Both the position numbers and the translations under genes were made by a program. The notes under the pieces were generated by a model that saw only the letters and a program-made list of their open reading frames with translations, ran no database searches and was not told the DNA's origin. DNA of 59,849 nucleotides, counting the filler. It is 4 parts of 4 records of this genome, joined end to end, with 100 filler letters (N's around TTAATTAATTAA, not from the genome) between each part and the next. Parts side by side here need not be neighbours in the genome. Positions count along the whole stretch, not along the records: positions 51,660 to 59,849 come from DRR378314_674; 3 more parts are not named here. One strand, written 5' to 3'. This document shows, piece after piece, positions 57,701 through 59,849 of this stretch (position 1 is the stretch's first letter; each line of letters opens with the position of its first letter).

Positions 57701-59711
57701 GCGCGAACGCCAACTGCGTTAATCAGCGGCGGTGAAGAGCGTTCGTTGGACAGTATGGGTGTTTGGCTACGTAGTGTTGAAGCGTTTGTGCAACGTGCTA
57801 GCTGCACGGGTTGTTGTGCTCATGACAGACTCCAAATCATGCGTCTTGGGAGGTGGGTATCGTGCAGCACGGTGCCTGACTTTGCGTGCCACTGGATTTT
57901 TCGATGTGCGTACGCATCGTCAGGTGACTGGAGAAGGGGACGACAAGTACCTCATTGCGACCTCTGAACAGCCGACGGCCGCATTCCATCGAAAGGAGTG
58001 GATCGATCCCAGCTCTCTTCCTCGCCGGTACGGATCTCATTTACCTTTATCGTCGGATCTGAGCTTGCAAGGACAATGGACACATGTGTTACGCCCCCCC
58101 CTATCTGGCCAGCAAGCCCGCACACGCAGCTGTCGCTCGCTGATCACTGCAGAAGCGGACATAGGGACTTGTCGACCTGCCACAGCGCGGAAGATGGAAA
58201 TATTGCCCACACTTACAGTCGTGACATGGTTGCTATCTTAGGGTGGCTGTTTCGTGATACCATTGCAAAGAAGAGGTCATCCGAATTGGTGTGCGAGAGA
58301 AGACGCCGCCTAATGTACCTGGCGGACGGATCGGTTGCGCGTCGGGGCGCATTGTATTCGTGCAGATATGTGTCGTACTCGTCTTGCTTCCGCAAGGAAG
58401 TTGGCTCCCACGGGAGGGATACTCTGGGCATCTTCCGGATTCACCAGTTCGAGAAAGTGGAACAGTTCACGGTCACTTCGCCGGTGCGTTGTTTCTTGTG
58501 GATGGAAATCGTTGTAGTGCGTGTGTGTGGTGGCGAATCGGCTCTAGTATAGCTTGTGTGATGTGGGCAATCATTGTGTTGCCATTACGCATATGCGAGC
58601 TCCGCCACGGAATTTGTCTGTCTGTCTGTCTGTTTGTTTGTTTTCCTCCCTCTCTGGGCGAGTAAGGCGTGAATTTGAACCGCTGCAAGTGGAGCTATCA
58701 TCTCTATGTATGCTGTGCGCTTTGTCTTTTTTTTTCTGTACGGCGCGCAAAATTCGTGTTTCGTTTGATACGGGGCTTCTTGCGTTGTTCCCAACTAGGG
58801 TAAATGGGCATCCCAGGCGCAGCTCCTTTTTTTTCTTTGTATGTTTGCGTTGGCGCTCGTTGGGTATATTGCAGAAGGTGTGCACAACCGCCTGTGCTCG
58901 TTCTTCTGTACATCATCGGTCTTCCGTTGTGGTGAATTACTAACGAAGCATTGGCTTTTGCTGTCGTTTCCTTTTTTTTGCATGCGCAGGAGGAGGATGC
59001 GTCATGGAAGATGTTTGAGGAGATGATTTCTTCTTCAGAGGAGTTCTACCAGTCGCTCAAGATTCCTTACCGCGTCGTTGCGATCGTGTCCGGCGAGCTA
59101 AACAACGCAGCAGCGAAGAAACTGGATCTCGAGGCGTGGTTCCCAGGATCTCAAGCTTTCCGCGAGCTAGTGTCATGCTCAAATTGCCTTGACTATCAGG
59201 CGCGCCGGCTCGAAGTGCGCTACGGCACGTCGGTCAAGGTATGTGATATGATGAACACCGCCCTTTCTCTTTGGTTTTTATTTATTTGTAGGCGCTTCGC
59301 GCATGAGCCGTTTCGCGAGATGCTGGTTTGATATTTTTTAAGTAAGCGGCAAGTTCCGTCAGGTCGCTGCTTTCATATTCGGAAGAGCACACAATTGTGT
59401 TTCAGAAGTGCCGTGTTATGCCGATTTGCTGCTGCCTCGAATCGCATGTGATGCTCTTCCGCCGGCACAAGGATCGCGTTTTCGTACGATGTTCCGTTGC
59501 ACGCGCAATCGTGTGCTGTGCTGCTTTTGCTGGTATAGTGCCGCTTGTGGACCGTTCGATGAGACCAGTACGCCTCGTTTGCTATTGATATGCGGAGGGC
59601 TACACGCTGCTGACAAGACTGTTGCTGCTTCTGTTTCTTGGCGCCCCGTGTTGCGCAGGGGAAGACTGCCGCTGGCAACAAGGACAAGCAGTATGTGCAC
59701 ATGCTGAACAG
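54791..59711 (+). CDS. SARS1: Cytosolic seryl-tRNA synthetase, 3'-partial. Exons approx. 54791-54846, 55982-56058, 56431-56540, 56841-57113, 57539-57693, 57924-58027, 58366-58483, 58990-59238, 59659-59711.
   Basis: [106 protein letters not shown] and YVHMLN. Confidence 0.97.
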
Positions 59712-59822
59712 GTACGCGTGCGATTCACGGTATACCTCTCTGATGCAGCCTAGATTTCTCGCAACGTGGCGTACCCAGTGTTTATCTCATAAGTAGATGC
59801 GGGGCTGAAAGTTAGTCTGCCC

Positions 59823-59849
59823 GTTGTTGTTGTTGTTGTTGTTGTTGTT
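59823..59849 (+). repeat. (GTT)n microsatellite at the window end
   Basis: Read directly from the sequence. Confidence 0.95.

Overview
This window is not one continuous locus. It is four contigs joined by identical artificial 100-nt spacers (N-run, TTAATTAATTAA, N-run) at 6652-6751, 21908-22007 and 51560-51659. Contigs 1, 3 and 4 are from an intron-rich, moderately GC-rich eukaryote, probably a protist. They carry PP2A B56, a PSMD5/Hsm3-like proteasome chaperone, gamma-secretase APH-1, Rpn13/ADRM1, syntaxin-5 and cytosolic SerRS. Contig 3 also holds a ~9.7-kb gene-poor stretch with a likely decayed MFS gene and a 33-bp minisatellite, and an intronless ~2,600-aa surface protein built from disintegrin-like, Ca-EGF, two FG-GAP propeller, Cys-rich GCC2/GCC3 and TRP/Flc-like multipass modules. 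Contig 2 (6752-21907) is alphaproteobacterial (Rhodobacteraceae-like) and most likely co-assembled rather than integrated. It has rpoE-chrR back to back with an 8-gene sigmaE-type operon: ufaD/ufaO/ufaM-like furan fatty acid genes, a CHI-fold protein, an MFS, DUF3833 and two SDRs. It then has a highly structured intergenic element, a Cache/HAMP histidine kinase, and a formate dehydrogenase operon ending in a WD40-cytochrome c fusion, a 41-aa ORF missing from the ORF track and an NtrC-type regulator lacking GAFTGA. All family calls come from motif recognition by eye; no searches were run.
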